This document shows, piece by piece, positions 55,722 to 64,000 of a stretch of DNA of 64,000 nucleotides. Origin of the DNA: a virus (taxonomy: Duplodnaviria; Caudoviricetes). The position numbers were made by a program, and so were the translations under genes. The notes under the pieces were generated by a model. That model saw nothing but the letters and a program-made list of their open reading frames with translations. It ran no database searches and was not told the origin of the DNA. Location: the IMG/VR virus record IMGVR_UViG_3300025849_003344; one strand, written 5' to 3'. Numbering within the stretch: the stretch's first letter is position 1; each line of letters starts with the position of its first letter.

Positions 55722-56666
55722 CTATTTATACCAAATAGTAATGAATGCAGGCTGCCCCGGCCCACCGCAATAACAGTTGCCACCCGTGGCAACCGCCGGA
55801 AATCCGCCAGTTCCGGCCGTACAAATTCCGCCCATACCAAAGGATGGGTTTGTTCCCCCAAACATTCTCATGAAACCACATGTTGTGGTCCCGCCATGTT
55901 GGTTGTCTGTTTTGGTCATCGGCGCGCCGGCATAGTGTGATAAATTAGTTTTAAAATGATTGAGATCTGCAAAATGACTAGTTCCGCACAACGTATTTGG
56001 CGGGCTCGCACAACATGCTGTAACGACAAAACCTGGGCGTGATTTAAATACGTTTGCGTCTGAATCAAAAATAGCTCCTTTAGTAGTGGCTATAGAGCAT
56101 GCCTGACACCCATATACGCTTATATTGGATATCTGATTGTCTGGCTCCCAACATCTACCCGCGGTCGTGCTGCTGATATCACCCCAACAGTGGCAGAAAC
56201 AATTGCTTTGGTTTTGCATATTACAGCATGATCTCGTGCATGCCGCGCCATCAGCCTTAAAAACAAGCTCACTATTAGTATCGTTATATATTTCAATCTG
56301 GCAGCCTTGTTGACCATTATCAGTTGCAACACAACAGCCACCGGCGCGGATACAGAAGCACCATTTTTCATCTGCTACAACATCTACATCCAATATTCCT
56401 GAAGAACCTGAATTGCCAGGCACACTGGTCTGGCAACAGTTAGTACCACCTGTACTAGATCCGTTAGCCACATAAAAGAATTTAGCTTGTGTGATTCCGG
56501 TAGGAACTGTCCACTTATATCCATGCCCACCATAATTAGGGGTACGCGGGCCTACACCGTTGTGACATCCATTCCCAGCTCTAAACGTCTGAACCTGCCA
56601 GCTGCCAAGACCTAGAGTTACCTCGCCAGCCATGCCCGGCGCAAATTGTGTTATATTTTTCGCCAT
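55722..56666 (-). CDS. Cys/Gly-rich paralogue 2
   Basis: MAKNI; WTVPTGITQAKF; TNCCQ; GGNCYCGGPG. Confidence 0.7.
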   Translation of the reverse strand: MAKNITQFAPGMAGEVTLGLGSWQVQTFRAGNGCHNGVGPRTPNYGGHGYKWTVPTGITQAKFFYVANGSSTGGTNCCQTSVPGNSGSSGILDVDVVADEKWCFCIRAGGCCVATDNGQQGCQIEIYNDTNSELVFKADGAACTRSCCNMQNQSNCFCHCWGDISSTTAGRCWEPDNQISNISVYGCQACSIATTKGAIFDSDANVFKSRPGFVVTACCASPPNTLCGTSHFADLNHFKTNLSHYAGAPMTKTDNQHGGTTTCGFMRMFGGTNPSFGMGGICTAGTGGFPAVATGGNCYCGGPGQPAFITIWYK

Positions 56667-56674
56667 AGTTCCTA

Positions 56675-57583
56675 CTAACTGAATAAAATTCTAATTTTGC
56701 CCGCTTCGTTTAGGTGCCCGCATTTTGTGGTGCCGGCGCAAATTGTGTACCCAGGCGAGCCCATTCCAGCCATCTCCCAATTTTGTGGGATAGCGGATTC
56801 AAGGCCCGTTGCGATGCACATCCCCTGGTCCATATTCATACCAAGCATGCGGTACATGATCTGTGCTGAAACATCGTTACAACAAGCTGCAACTTGAATA
56901 TGACCACCTAATTTACCATAAACATTACATCCTGGTAATGGTGCCCAAAACCGAAAATTACAAAGGGATGTAGCTATACCTAGACTATTAGTTGTTAAGT
57001 ACCCCTTTTCGCCACGAAGTCCATTTTCTGCTCCATAGTAACAAGCCCTATTAGGTCCTCCAGCAGAATCACCGTTTCCGTAATATGGAGTTGCACTATC
57101 AAATAAACTAGCAGCAAAACCAAGTGTATCGCAACACACGTATCCGGAATGATAGCCAGATTGTGCACAAAAATTAGTTAAGCCAGTTCCTATAACATAC
57201 GTGTCGCCATGCGCGGAATCTCTAATATCTCCAGCTAACCAAGTAGCATCATAGGTATGGCAACATCTTTTCACTCCGCCATGAATCGCGTAACAGTCGC
57301 CTGGAGTAACACTTACGGTTTTATATGCATAAGCTCCAGAGCTACTAGGAACACCTACACCACATCCAGTTCCGCCGCCCACATATCCGCCAGCCCCCCA
57401 AATATGAAATGTTGCTGTTGAAATTCCAGGTGGAACGCACCAAGATGTCCAATTCGCGCCATGATTACACGCGCACTGCCCCATGGCGGTTGGAACCCAG
57501 TCAAAGATATGTTGGTCTTTAAATGGCAATGGGTTCCCCCCAGAAGAGAAGCTTTTTACATATCTTGATAAATTTTTAGCCAT
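56675..57583 (-). CDS. Cys/Gly-rich paralogue 1
   Basis: MAKNL; WCVPPGISTATFHIWGAGG; GAYAYK; GLTNFCAQ; AGKIRILF. Confidence 0.7.
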   Translation of the reverse strand: MAKNLSRYVKSFSSGGNPLPFKDQHIFDWVPTAMGQCACNHGANWTSWCVPPGISTATFHIWGAGGYVGGGTGCGVGVPSSSGAYAYKTVSVTPGDCYAIHGGVKRCCHTYDATWLAGDIRDSAHGDTYVIGTGLTNFCAQSGYHSGYVCCDTLGFAASLFDSATPYYGNGDSAGGPNRACYYGAENGLRGEKGYLTTNSLGIATSLCNFRFWAPLPGCNVYGKLGGHIQVAACCNDVSAQIMYRMLGMNMDQGMCIATGLESAIPQNWEMAGMGSPGYTICAGTTKCGHLNEAGKIRILFS

Positions 57584-57609
57584 GATGTGTTCCTAAATTA
57601 ATTTATTAC

Positions 57610-58035
57610 TTATCCTTGAACGACAAATTGCCATCCATAAGTATCACCAGACCATACAATCTGTACAGCAATACCTTGAGTATTAATTAGAATATCACTG
57701 TCCTGACCAAGAATTTTTTCACCGGTTGCAGGAGAAATTGTAAAGTTATTTGTTGCAAAGTTTTGCGCAAGGTCAACAAAAGTAATTTTACCATCGCCAG
57801 CAACGTTTCCACTCACTGATGGAAGTGTTGCAGTAACTGCTGCAGAAGATGTGTTTACAAAGTGTCCACCATAACTATCAGCGTTAAAGTCAACAGCATC
57901 TGTTGACCATGAAGTCGATTGTTCGATACCATTTGCTGCTTTAGTAAGATACGCTAATTGTTCTGGGGTCGCAGAAGTAATAGACGTATTAATCTTATCA
58001 AGCAACGCATTTCTGACTGTATCAATACTTGCCAT
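57610..58035 (-). CDS. Small tail-fibre adaptor-like protein (single gp34-type beta repeat)
   Basis: FVNTSSAAVTATLP...TFVDLAQNFATNNFTI...ILG...IVWSGDTYGW. Confidence 0.55.
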   Translation of the reverse strand: MASIDTVRNALLDKINTSITSATPEQLAYLTKAANGIEQSTSWSTDAVDFNADSYGGHFVNTSSAAVTATLPSVSGNVAGDGKITFVDLAQNFATNNFTISPATGEKILGQDSDILINTQGIAVQIVWSGDTYGWQFVVQG

Positions 58036-58067
58036 TTTTTATTTCCTTTTACTGTGGTTATCTCTAT

Positions 58068-61000
58068 TTATTTAAGATTTTTACCATCATTTTTTGTTAC
58101 ATCATAGATATTAAATCCCATGAATAGCTCTGTGGCTAATGCACCGGATTTAGCGTTTGCGGGTAAGGACAATGAGGATGCTCCTTCAAGCTTTGTATCC
58201 ACGTATGTCTTAACTGCTGACTCTGTAGGTACGGCCGTGGTTGAATTACCAGATAATGTGCCGTCCGTTGAGAATTCGTTAATAGAAGCACCTAGCTGAG
58301 CACCAATCGAACCAAGTCTCAATGATGTCAAACCTGAAAGGTCAAATGCCGATGCATCCAATGTTGCTCGACCAGTCGCCTGATCAATTCTAAAGTAATT
58401 ACCAACTCTAAAGTTACCAGATTGGTCAGTAGATACGTAGTAAACGCGGCCTTGAGCCAATTCAACCACTTCATTAGCTTGTGCTGGTTGTTGGTTTGGA
58501 TCTCCAGGATAATTTGTTTGTGTTTTATTACCAGTACCAATATTCAAGAAGTCATGACCTGTAAGTCTTGCTTGTGAATAGTTATATCTGATTTTTACTT
58601 GTTGTCCTTCAGCAGCAGGTCTTTGTGAAGTTTTCTCTTGAGCAAAGACTAACAGAACATTACCAGTAGCCGAGTCGTAATCAGTGACAGTTTGAATAAC
58701 GTAGCTTCCGATTGAATCGTAACCTGAATCTCCTAAGTTTCCAACAAATTCTAATGATCCACCTGGTCTTGGCTTAGCGGCAGTAAATCCGTCAAACGCC
58801 ATAGTAAATCCATATTGATCGTGGGCAGTATCGCTATCTGATAGAATTGCTGATACAACTCCTGCGCTATCTTCAATAGAGTCACCATCAATAAATCCAG
58901 TGCCGATAATGTTATCGATAATAATTTTATTTGCACCTGGCTGATGATTAATTACAGTAGCTCTTGGCCCAACCGCAAAGATTTGTGCCGAGTCAAGGTC
59001 ATCACCTGAGTCAGTAAGTCTTAGAGTACCACCAGATGTATATACTGAATATGACGTAGCATTTACGTCCGATGGATCTACAATCGTAAATTCACCATGT
59101 AGTGTTCCAGTTCCGCTATTTGCATAGTGAAGAGTATTTGGAGCAGAGCTGTCAACTTCAATAACCATACGGTTACCTGCTGTTGCTCTTGAATTTCTAA
59201 CGCCAGTTGTATATTCGCCGCTATAAGAAACTGCTGACCATCCAGTCGAATCTGTTGTAGTTAGATAGAATGCGCCACTAACTGATGAATCAATATCAAA
59301 TAGATATTTAGAACCACGATAAAGTGTAGCATTCGGTTCAACTGAAGCCGAATATGATTGTCCGCCAATTGTACCAGTCAAAGTATAGTCTGCACCGGTT
59401 TTTGCAACCGTAATATGACTATGTTCAGCTTCACGCAAATTAATGGTTGAAGACGTATGATCATGAACACTAAAGTGCTGGTTATTAACCTGCGTCATTC
59501 CGCCAACGTTTTGAATGCGTAGAAGATCCCAGCTATCAAACGAATGAGATGCTACAGTTACAGTCATTGGATTTGAACGAGTAATATCTGTAATACCAAC
59601 GTTCGTGACCGATCTTCCACCAATCGATGTACCATCTGCCGGATTTGACAATCCAGTATTAGTGTAAAGATCCATTGTATTTGAATCAATTATATCGGCA
59701 TAATATTCTGTAGTTTCATCAAATGAAGCCCAAGAAGCAGGAAGTTGAGGATCTACTCGAATGAGATGACCGTCTGAAAGACCGTGAGGTTCTTTTGTAC
59801 CAATACGAATGGGGCTAGATCTAGTTAAGAATGATACTTGTTTTAAACGATCTGGAGATTTAATAATTGCATTGTTTGCAAAGTCTCCTCCTAGATTTGT
59901 ACCATCCTGATAGTCTAAGCTATAACCACGAACATTACCGTTGTTTGTTGTTTCTGTAGAATCGAATCCGTATGAAACAGCGCCATAACGACCGTAAGAG
60001 TTGTTACCGTTTAGAGCACGAATAAATCCACCGTCCGATGTTGCATATCCAAAATCGCAATAATAAGTAAAGCATGATACAATCTCAGCTTTACCATTTC
60101 TTCGTACCCAGAAACCAACACCGCCGTCATGAATTTGTGTATATGTGTGGAATACCATTGATCCATTGTTATTTGGATCGTTATTCAAACCACCATCAAC
60201 AATTGCTCCAATACCTCCGGTTGAAAAGGCAGAACATTCTTTGATATAAGGAGATTTTGTAATTACCGCAGCTGGATCTAGTCGTAAAAATACACCACCG
60301 ACTGTAGCTGTTTCAATGTGATCTGGTCCATTAGAATCTGGAATAAATCCAGTTAGTCCAGATAAAACAAGCTCTTTCATTAAGACACCATTGTTCAATA
60401 AGAACATGGTTTCTTGTTCATCGCCAGCTTGTGGTTTAATAAAGCAGTTACGTTGGCCAGCGCCCATCACAGTAACATTTGTTGGAATTGTAATAGGAAG
60501 CTGTTCTTCGTAAGATCCTTCGGAAATATGAACCACCGCAGTTGAATCTACATTTTTATTTGCAGTAATGTGATCCATTGCATAACGTACAGATGCAAAT
60601 GGTTTTTGTTTTGATACGCCTGAAGACGCACTATCGATTCCATCCGGAGATATATAAAAAGTATTTGGTGAGTTATCAGTATAGTCTAACAAAAAGCCTG
60701 ACGCATCGTTTTTAACAACAATAGATTTACCAACATCACCCGCTGTAATTGTAGGAAGAGCTCCTGAACCACCAGCAGCAAAGACTGTCCATCTACCGTC
60801 TGACTCATCATTAGCAAAGTTAGACGTCGACGTATGAGTATTTTGCGCAATGTACGATGATGTACCAGATTGAATAATATCGTTTACGACATAAAGGGTG
60901 GATTGTCCCCAAGTTCCTCTATTTCGAACACCTTCAGCAAACGCTACAATTTTACTTGAACTTAAGTCGGTTGCAAAAGTTCCTGAAGTGTGAGCTTGTT

Positions 61001-62018
61001 CTACGATATATGTTGTACCACCGTATTTTACCAACGTGCCAGGCAAATAAGTTTGCGCTGTCGCCCATGTTCCACCATTACTAACACTATCAATTAATAT
61101 GCGCCATGCAGTTGGCGTAGCGGATGGGGTAGAACCTGTAGAAGCTAACAAGGCAAGATAAAGTTGACCACCAGCAAGAACTACTTCACCTGGATAATAT
61201 TTTCTTGCGGCGTCATAATTACCTACAAATGATTGACCATCTAGGAAAGATTCCCAATAAATGGTGTTAATTGGATGAGTTCCGGTTATATCGCCTTTAG
61301 CTTTATATAGATTTCCACCAAATCTTACGATATCATTTTTGACATATGCAGTAGCGCTATCAAAAGAATCTTTTAAATCAAAGCCACCAACAAATTGTTC
61401 CCAGTTTGGACTACCTTGGCTCGGAGCCGTACCGCTAACATCTTGTAAAGCCTTATAAGTTGTACCACCGTAAGTTACAATATCGTCTTTTTGATATGAA
61501 GCGGCAGCGCTATATGTTCCTTCAACCTGAAGACCTGATGAAAACACATCCCATGCAGAATCTACCGCGCTTGGTACTTCAGAAGTAGTATCTCTTTTGG
61601 CAACATAAGAGGTACCGCCGTGAGTAACAATATCAGATAGTTGATAAGCTGATGCGCTATCCCATACACCTTCATATTGAAGACCGTCAACAAACTTTGA
61701 ATAATGCGATAAGCTAGGAGGTGTTACCCCGGTAACCGTATCGGCAGTAACAACATAAACGGTACCACCATATGAAAAGCCGTCGCCAATCACGTATGTT
61801 GTAGCAGCGTTATAGACTCCTTCAAAATTGAAGCCTTCCATCATCAGATCCCAATACGTAGTATTGGTTGGTACGTTACCTGATAACGCCGTACCGTATT
61901 TGTATACGTATACGTTACCACCGTATTTTACTACGTCGTTCCATTCGTATACCTTAGAGCCACTATAAACTCCTTGATATTCGAATCTGATTTTACCTAA
62001 ATCAATTATTGTTGCCAT
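58068..62018 (-). CDS. Large virion/fibre protein with N-terminal CBM5/12-like repeats, putative beta-helix and FCCH-like segment
   Basis: 8 Y..gDxVxyGGxxY repeats; FYISPDGIDS...KPFASV; ITDITRSNPMTVTVASH; C-term EFSTDGTL...VPTESAVKTYVD. Confidence 0.7.
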   Translation of the reverse strand: MATIIDLGKIRFEYQGVYSGSKVYEWNDVVKYGGNVYVYKYGTALSGNVPTNTTYWDLMMEGFNFEGVYNAATTYVIGDGFSYGGTVYVVTADTVTGVTPPSLSHYSKFVDGLQYEGVWDSASAYQLSDIVTHGGTSYVAKRDTTSEVPSAVDSAWDVFSSGLQVEGTYSAAASYQKDDIVTYGGTTYKALQDVSGTAPSQGSPNWEQFVGGFDLKDSFDSATAYVKNDIVRFGGNLYKAKGDITGTHPINTIYWESFLDGQSFVGNYDAARKYYPGEVVLAGGQLYLALLASTGSTPSATPTAWRILIDSVSNGGTWATAQTYLPGTLVKYGGTTYIVEQAHTSGTFATDLSSSKIVAFAEGVRNRGTWGQSTLYVVNDIIQSGTSSYIAQNTHTSTSNFANDESDGRWTVFAAGGSGALPTITAGDVGKSIVVKNDASGFLLDYTDNSPNTFYISPDGIDSASSGVSKQKPFASVRYAMDHITANKNVDSTAVVHISEGSYEEQLPITIPTNVTVMGAGQRNCFIKPQAGDEQETMFLLNNGVLMKELVLSGLTGFIPDSNGPDHIETATVGGVFLRLDPAAVITKSPYIKECSAFSTGGIGAIVDGGLNNDPNNNGSMVFHTYTQIHDGGVGFWVRRNGKAEIVSCFTYYCDFGYATSDGGFIRALNGNNSYGRYGAVSYGFDSTETTNNGNVRGYSLDYQDGTNLGGDFANNAIIKSPDRLKQVSFLTRSSPIRIGTKEPHGLSDGHLIRVDPQLPASWASFDETTEYYADIIDSNTMDLYTNTGLSNPADGTSIGGRSVTNVGITDITRSNPMTVTVASHSFDSWDLLRIQNVGGMTQVNNQHFSVHDHTSSTINLREAEHSHITVAKTGADYTLTGTIGGQSYSASVEPNATLYRGSKYLFDIDSSVSGAFYLTTTDSTGWSAVSYSGEYTTGVRNSRATAGNRMVIEVDSSAPNTLHYANSGTGTLHGEFTIVDPSDVNATSYSVYTSGGTLRLTDSGDDLDSAQIFAVGPRATVINHQPGANKIIIDNIIGTGFIDGDSIEDSAGVVSAILSDSDTAHDQYGFTMAFDGFTAAKPRPGGSLEFVGNLGDSGYDSIGSYVIQTVTDYDSATGNVLLVFAQEKTSQRPAAEGQQVKIRYNYSQARLTGHDFLNIGTGNKTQTNYPGDPNQQPAQANEVVELAQGRVYYVSTDQSGNFRVGNYFRIDQATGRATLDASAFDLSGLTSLRLGSIGAQLGASINEFSTDGTLSGNSTTAVPTESAVKTYVDTKLEGASSLSLPANAKSGALATELFMGFNIYDVTKNDGKNLK
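60780..61980 (-). repeat. Eight degenerate ~45-50-aa protein repeats (approximate bounds)
   Basis: YEWNDVVKYGG, YVIGDGFSYGG, YQLSDIVTHGG, YQKDDIVTYGG, YVKNDIVRFGG, YYPGEVVLAGG, YLPGTLVKYGG, YVVNDIIQSG. Confidence 0.8.
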
Positions 62019-62039
62019 AGGACTAGTGTCTCCGGATCA

Positions 62040-62354
62040 TTAATACACAACCATTTCTATATGGCCGGTATTGTTATTAAATCGAAATGTAATTGCATCT
62101 ACTGACCAAAAATGTGCTTTGTAGTCGTCAGGATGCATAAATGTTACGTTAGAATCCGTTGCTGTAGAATCAACATAGGATCTGTATGCAGTATGGTTAG
62201 CCGAAGGTAATTTTACCGTATCGCTATCGTGTGGTTTAATTACTTCAATGTCTAAATGGCCTACGCTGTCAAGTTTAAAGCCATAAGAAGTTTTATCCGA
62301 AAAAGAAGTTCCAGTATAAACTCCACCTTCGTTATCGTGACCATAAGAACTCAT
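62040..62354 (-). CDS. Hypothetical protein (structural module)
   Basis: Coupled ORF in the late operon. Confidence 0.65.
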   Translation of the reverse strand: MSSYGHDNEGGVYTGTSFSDKTSYGFKLDSVGHLDIEVIKPHDSDTVKLPSANHTAYRSYVDSTATDSNVTFMHPDDYKAHFWSVDAITFRFNNNTGHIEMVVY

Positions 62355-62689
62355 GTTTCAACTTCCTGTACAACGGTCATGATAATACTAAATGCATTAT
62401 CTAATGGAGCTGATACTTTAATTAAATCTCCATTTTCTACCATTACTTTAGAGTTATTTATAAGTAAGTCAACGGTGTCATTTGGTAGAATTCTTTTATT
62501 AAATGCCATATAAATTATATCAGATCCACGGACTAATTTAACAGTAATAGGCAATGCCGAACCAAAAATATTGGTTGTCATCATACTAACAATTAAATGT
62601 CGGCCAGTCAATCCTGCAGGAGCGGTGTACAGAGTTTGTTCTGTACTTCCTACATTTTTAACAAAACTGGTTTCGAATACTGCTGCCAT
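62351..62689 (-). CDS. Small beta-sandwich virion structural protein
   Basis: FETSFVKNVGSTEQTLYTAP...KVMVENGDLIKVS pattern typical of marine T4-like structural genes. Confidence 0.6.
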   Translation of the reverse strand: MAAVFETSFVKNVGSTEQTLYTAPAGLTGRHLIVSMMTTNIFGSALPITVKLVRGSDIIYMAFNKRILPNDTVDLLINNSKVMVENGDLIKVSAPLDNAFSIIMTVVQEVET

Positions 62690-62714
62690 TTTACCTACTG
62701 AATCTTTTATTGTT

Positions 62715-62722
62715 TATTTATA
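62715..62722 (-). promoter_or_regulatory. T4-type late promoter
   Basis: TATAAATA. Confidence 0.7.
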
Positions 62723-62740
62723 TAAATCTGAATTACAAAT

Positions 62741-64000
62741 TTACATATTAATGTAACCAAATAATCCGCCGCCGGCACCACCGCCACCGCCACCGAGAGT
62801 TGATGCTAAAGTGTCTGCTCTAACTTTTCTAAGTTGACCACCAGTTGTTCCACTATATACTAAGAAATATTCTGACGTATTTACCCAAGAATCTGCAAAG
62901 ACTTCTTCATGCCTTGTAATATGGCGTTCATGAAGTTTAAATCCTCCGACTGAACCATAAGCAGAATCAAATGTAAGATCTCCAAGGCTGTCTTCATTGT
63001 CTTTAAAGTGTTGGAAAAATTCTGCTTCAGATGGTCCATTATAGGTTAGCGAACCAGCAATAGAATCGTAAATTAGTGATCCGTCTCCGCCACCGTCTAT
63101 AACGCTTATAGCTGATCTTGCTCTAGCCGCAGTAAAGTATTGAGTACCGCTAGCCGAATCAGCTGATGGATCTTCGGGTAAATTAGATGTATTATGATTA
63201 GATAAGTCTGAAACTTGACCCGTAACATTGCCTGTTACATTACCAACAATATTACCATAACCAGTACCAAACTGAATATTAGCATCTGTATATGATGAAT
63301 CTGAAGTATTGATAGAAGCATCGATAGTCGATGTGTATCCATCAAAGAATTTAAATCTTCCGTCAGCGTTATCTCTAAACGCACCAGCTCTTGCAAATGG
63401 ACCATTCGGTGGATTATAATTACCAATCAGACCAAGATCAAGGTTAGAAGGAGCAGCGGTACCACTCCATCTTTCATTTACATCATGACCTGTTGCAGCT
63501 TCAAACTCAAAGCTAATTCCGTGTCTAAGATCACCAGTTAGTCCGTTAGTTGATAGGTTCCACGAAGAAGGACCGCCATCAGATTCAAAGTTTAGGAGAG
63601 TTGTAAAATCTGAATCAAAAGACCAAACAAGTGTGTCACCTGACGAGTCAGCGCTAGTTATTTTTAAGTAATAAGCAACATCAGAATCACCTGTGTAAGT
63701 ACCCACTAACGACAGATCATCAAGTCCAGAATCTAGCGCATTGGCTGTGACAGTATCACCAGCCGCAAGGAATACAAAGTTATCGGAAACTGCTAAGTTA
63801 GCAACCTGAGTTTGTGTCTCAGTTCCAAGTAAGTTAAGGTTACCAGCGATAGTAACATCAGCATCAAATCGCGCGTTACCTTGGACTCTAATATTCTCAA
63901 AGACTTCAGCTTTTAGTCCAACCTGAATACAACCACCAACATTGCCACCTGTTGCCGAATCAGCTACAAGAACAACACCAACTTCAAAAGGATAGTTAGG
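62741..64000 (-). CDS. Tail-fibre-like structural protein (5' end beyond the window)
   Basis: The frame stays open to the window edge (PNYPFEVGVVLV...GNLNLLGTETQTQVANLAVSDNFV), a typical fibre-shaft signature. Confidence 0.7.
   Translation of the reverse strand, partial: PNYPFEVGVVLVADSATGGNVGGCIQVGLKAEVFENIRVQGNARFDADVTIAGNLNLLGTETQTQVANLAVSDNFVFLAAGDTVTANALDSGLDDLSLVGTYTGDSDVAYYLKITSADSSGDTLVWSFDSDFTTLLNFESDGGPSSWNLSTNGLTGDLRHGISFEFEAATGHDVNERWSGTAAPSNLDLGLIGNYNPPNGPFARAGAFRDNADGRFKFFDGYTSTIDASINTSDSSYTDANIQFGTGYGNIVGNVTGNVTGQVSDLSNHNTSNLPEDPSADSASGTQYFTAARARSAISVIDGGGDGSLIYDSIAGSLTYNGPSEAEFFQHFKDNEDSLGDLTFDSAYGSVGGFKLHERHITRHEEVFADSWVNTSEYFLVYSGTTGGQLRKVRADTLASTLGGGGGGAGGGLFGYINM

Noticed and set aside
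60780-61980. Periodic repeats as a possible CRISPR or DGR array
   Set aside because: Repeats are conserved only at protein level; no identical DNA repeats or spacers, and no reverse transcriptase nearby
1706-63426. Dozens of 60-160-aa ORFs nested in or antisense to long genes (e.g. 4792..5196, 24161..24580, 33657..34133, 36608..37057)
   Set aside because: They lie within well-supported genes, lack motifs and SD sites, and are expected by chance
1-64000. tRNA, rRNA or CRISPR features
   Set aside because: Intergenic gaps are short and none showed a cloverleaf or direct-repeat pattern by eye; tRNAscan-SE would be needed to exclude them fully

Overview
64 kb of a T4-like myovirus genome (Tevenvirinae-like core), almost entirely minus strand and probably marine. 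The host looks alphaproteobacterial, inferred from cytochrome c2, DUF1127, DUF1289, an RcGTA-type spike protein and hemO-pcyX. Core blocks: replication (gp43, regA, gp62, gp44, gp45, gp46/47, gp55, uvsW, uvsY) and morphogenesis (gp3, 23, 22, 21, 67, 20, 19, 18, 17, 16, 15, 14, 13). Accessory blocks, left to right: (i) a DNA-modification locus joining a T4 gp42-like dCMP hydroxymethylase, a beta-glucosyltransferase-like/SGNH protein, a PLP enzyme and an aGPT-PPlase (amino acid:DNA transferase)-like protein, flanked by kdsA/kdsB and nucleotide-pool enzymes; (ii) a cytochrome c2/DUF1127/hsp20 cassette with a ROSE-like RNA thermometer; (iii) a glycan island with a gene interrupted by an in-frame TAG; (iv) an RcGTA-like head-spike base plus PA14 fibre pair after gp23; (v) an inverted ADP-heptose operon interrupted by hemO-pcyX; (vi) a carbamoyltransferase and GT9-like transferase next to six tandem Cys/Gly-rich paralogues and large fibre-like genes. 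All family calls come from motifs recognised by eye; no database search was run. No tRNA, rRNA, CRISPR array, intron or intein was seen.
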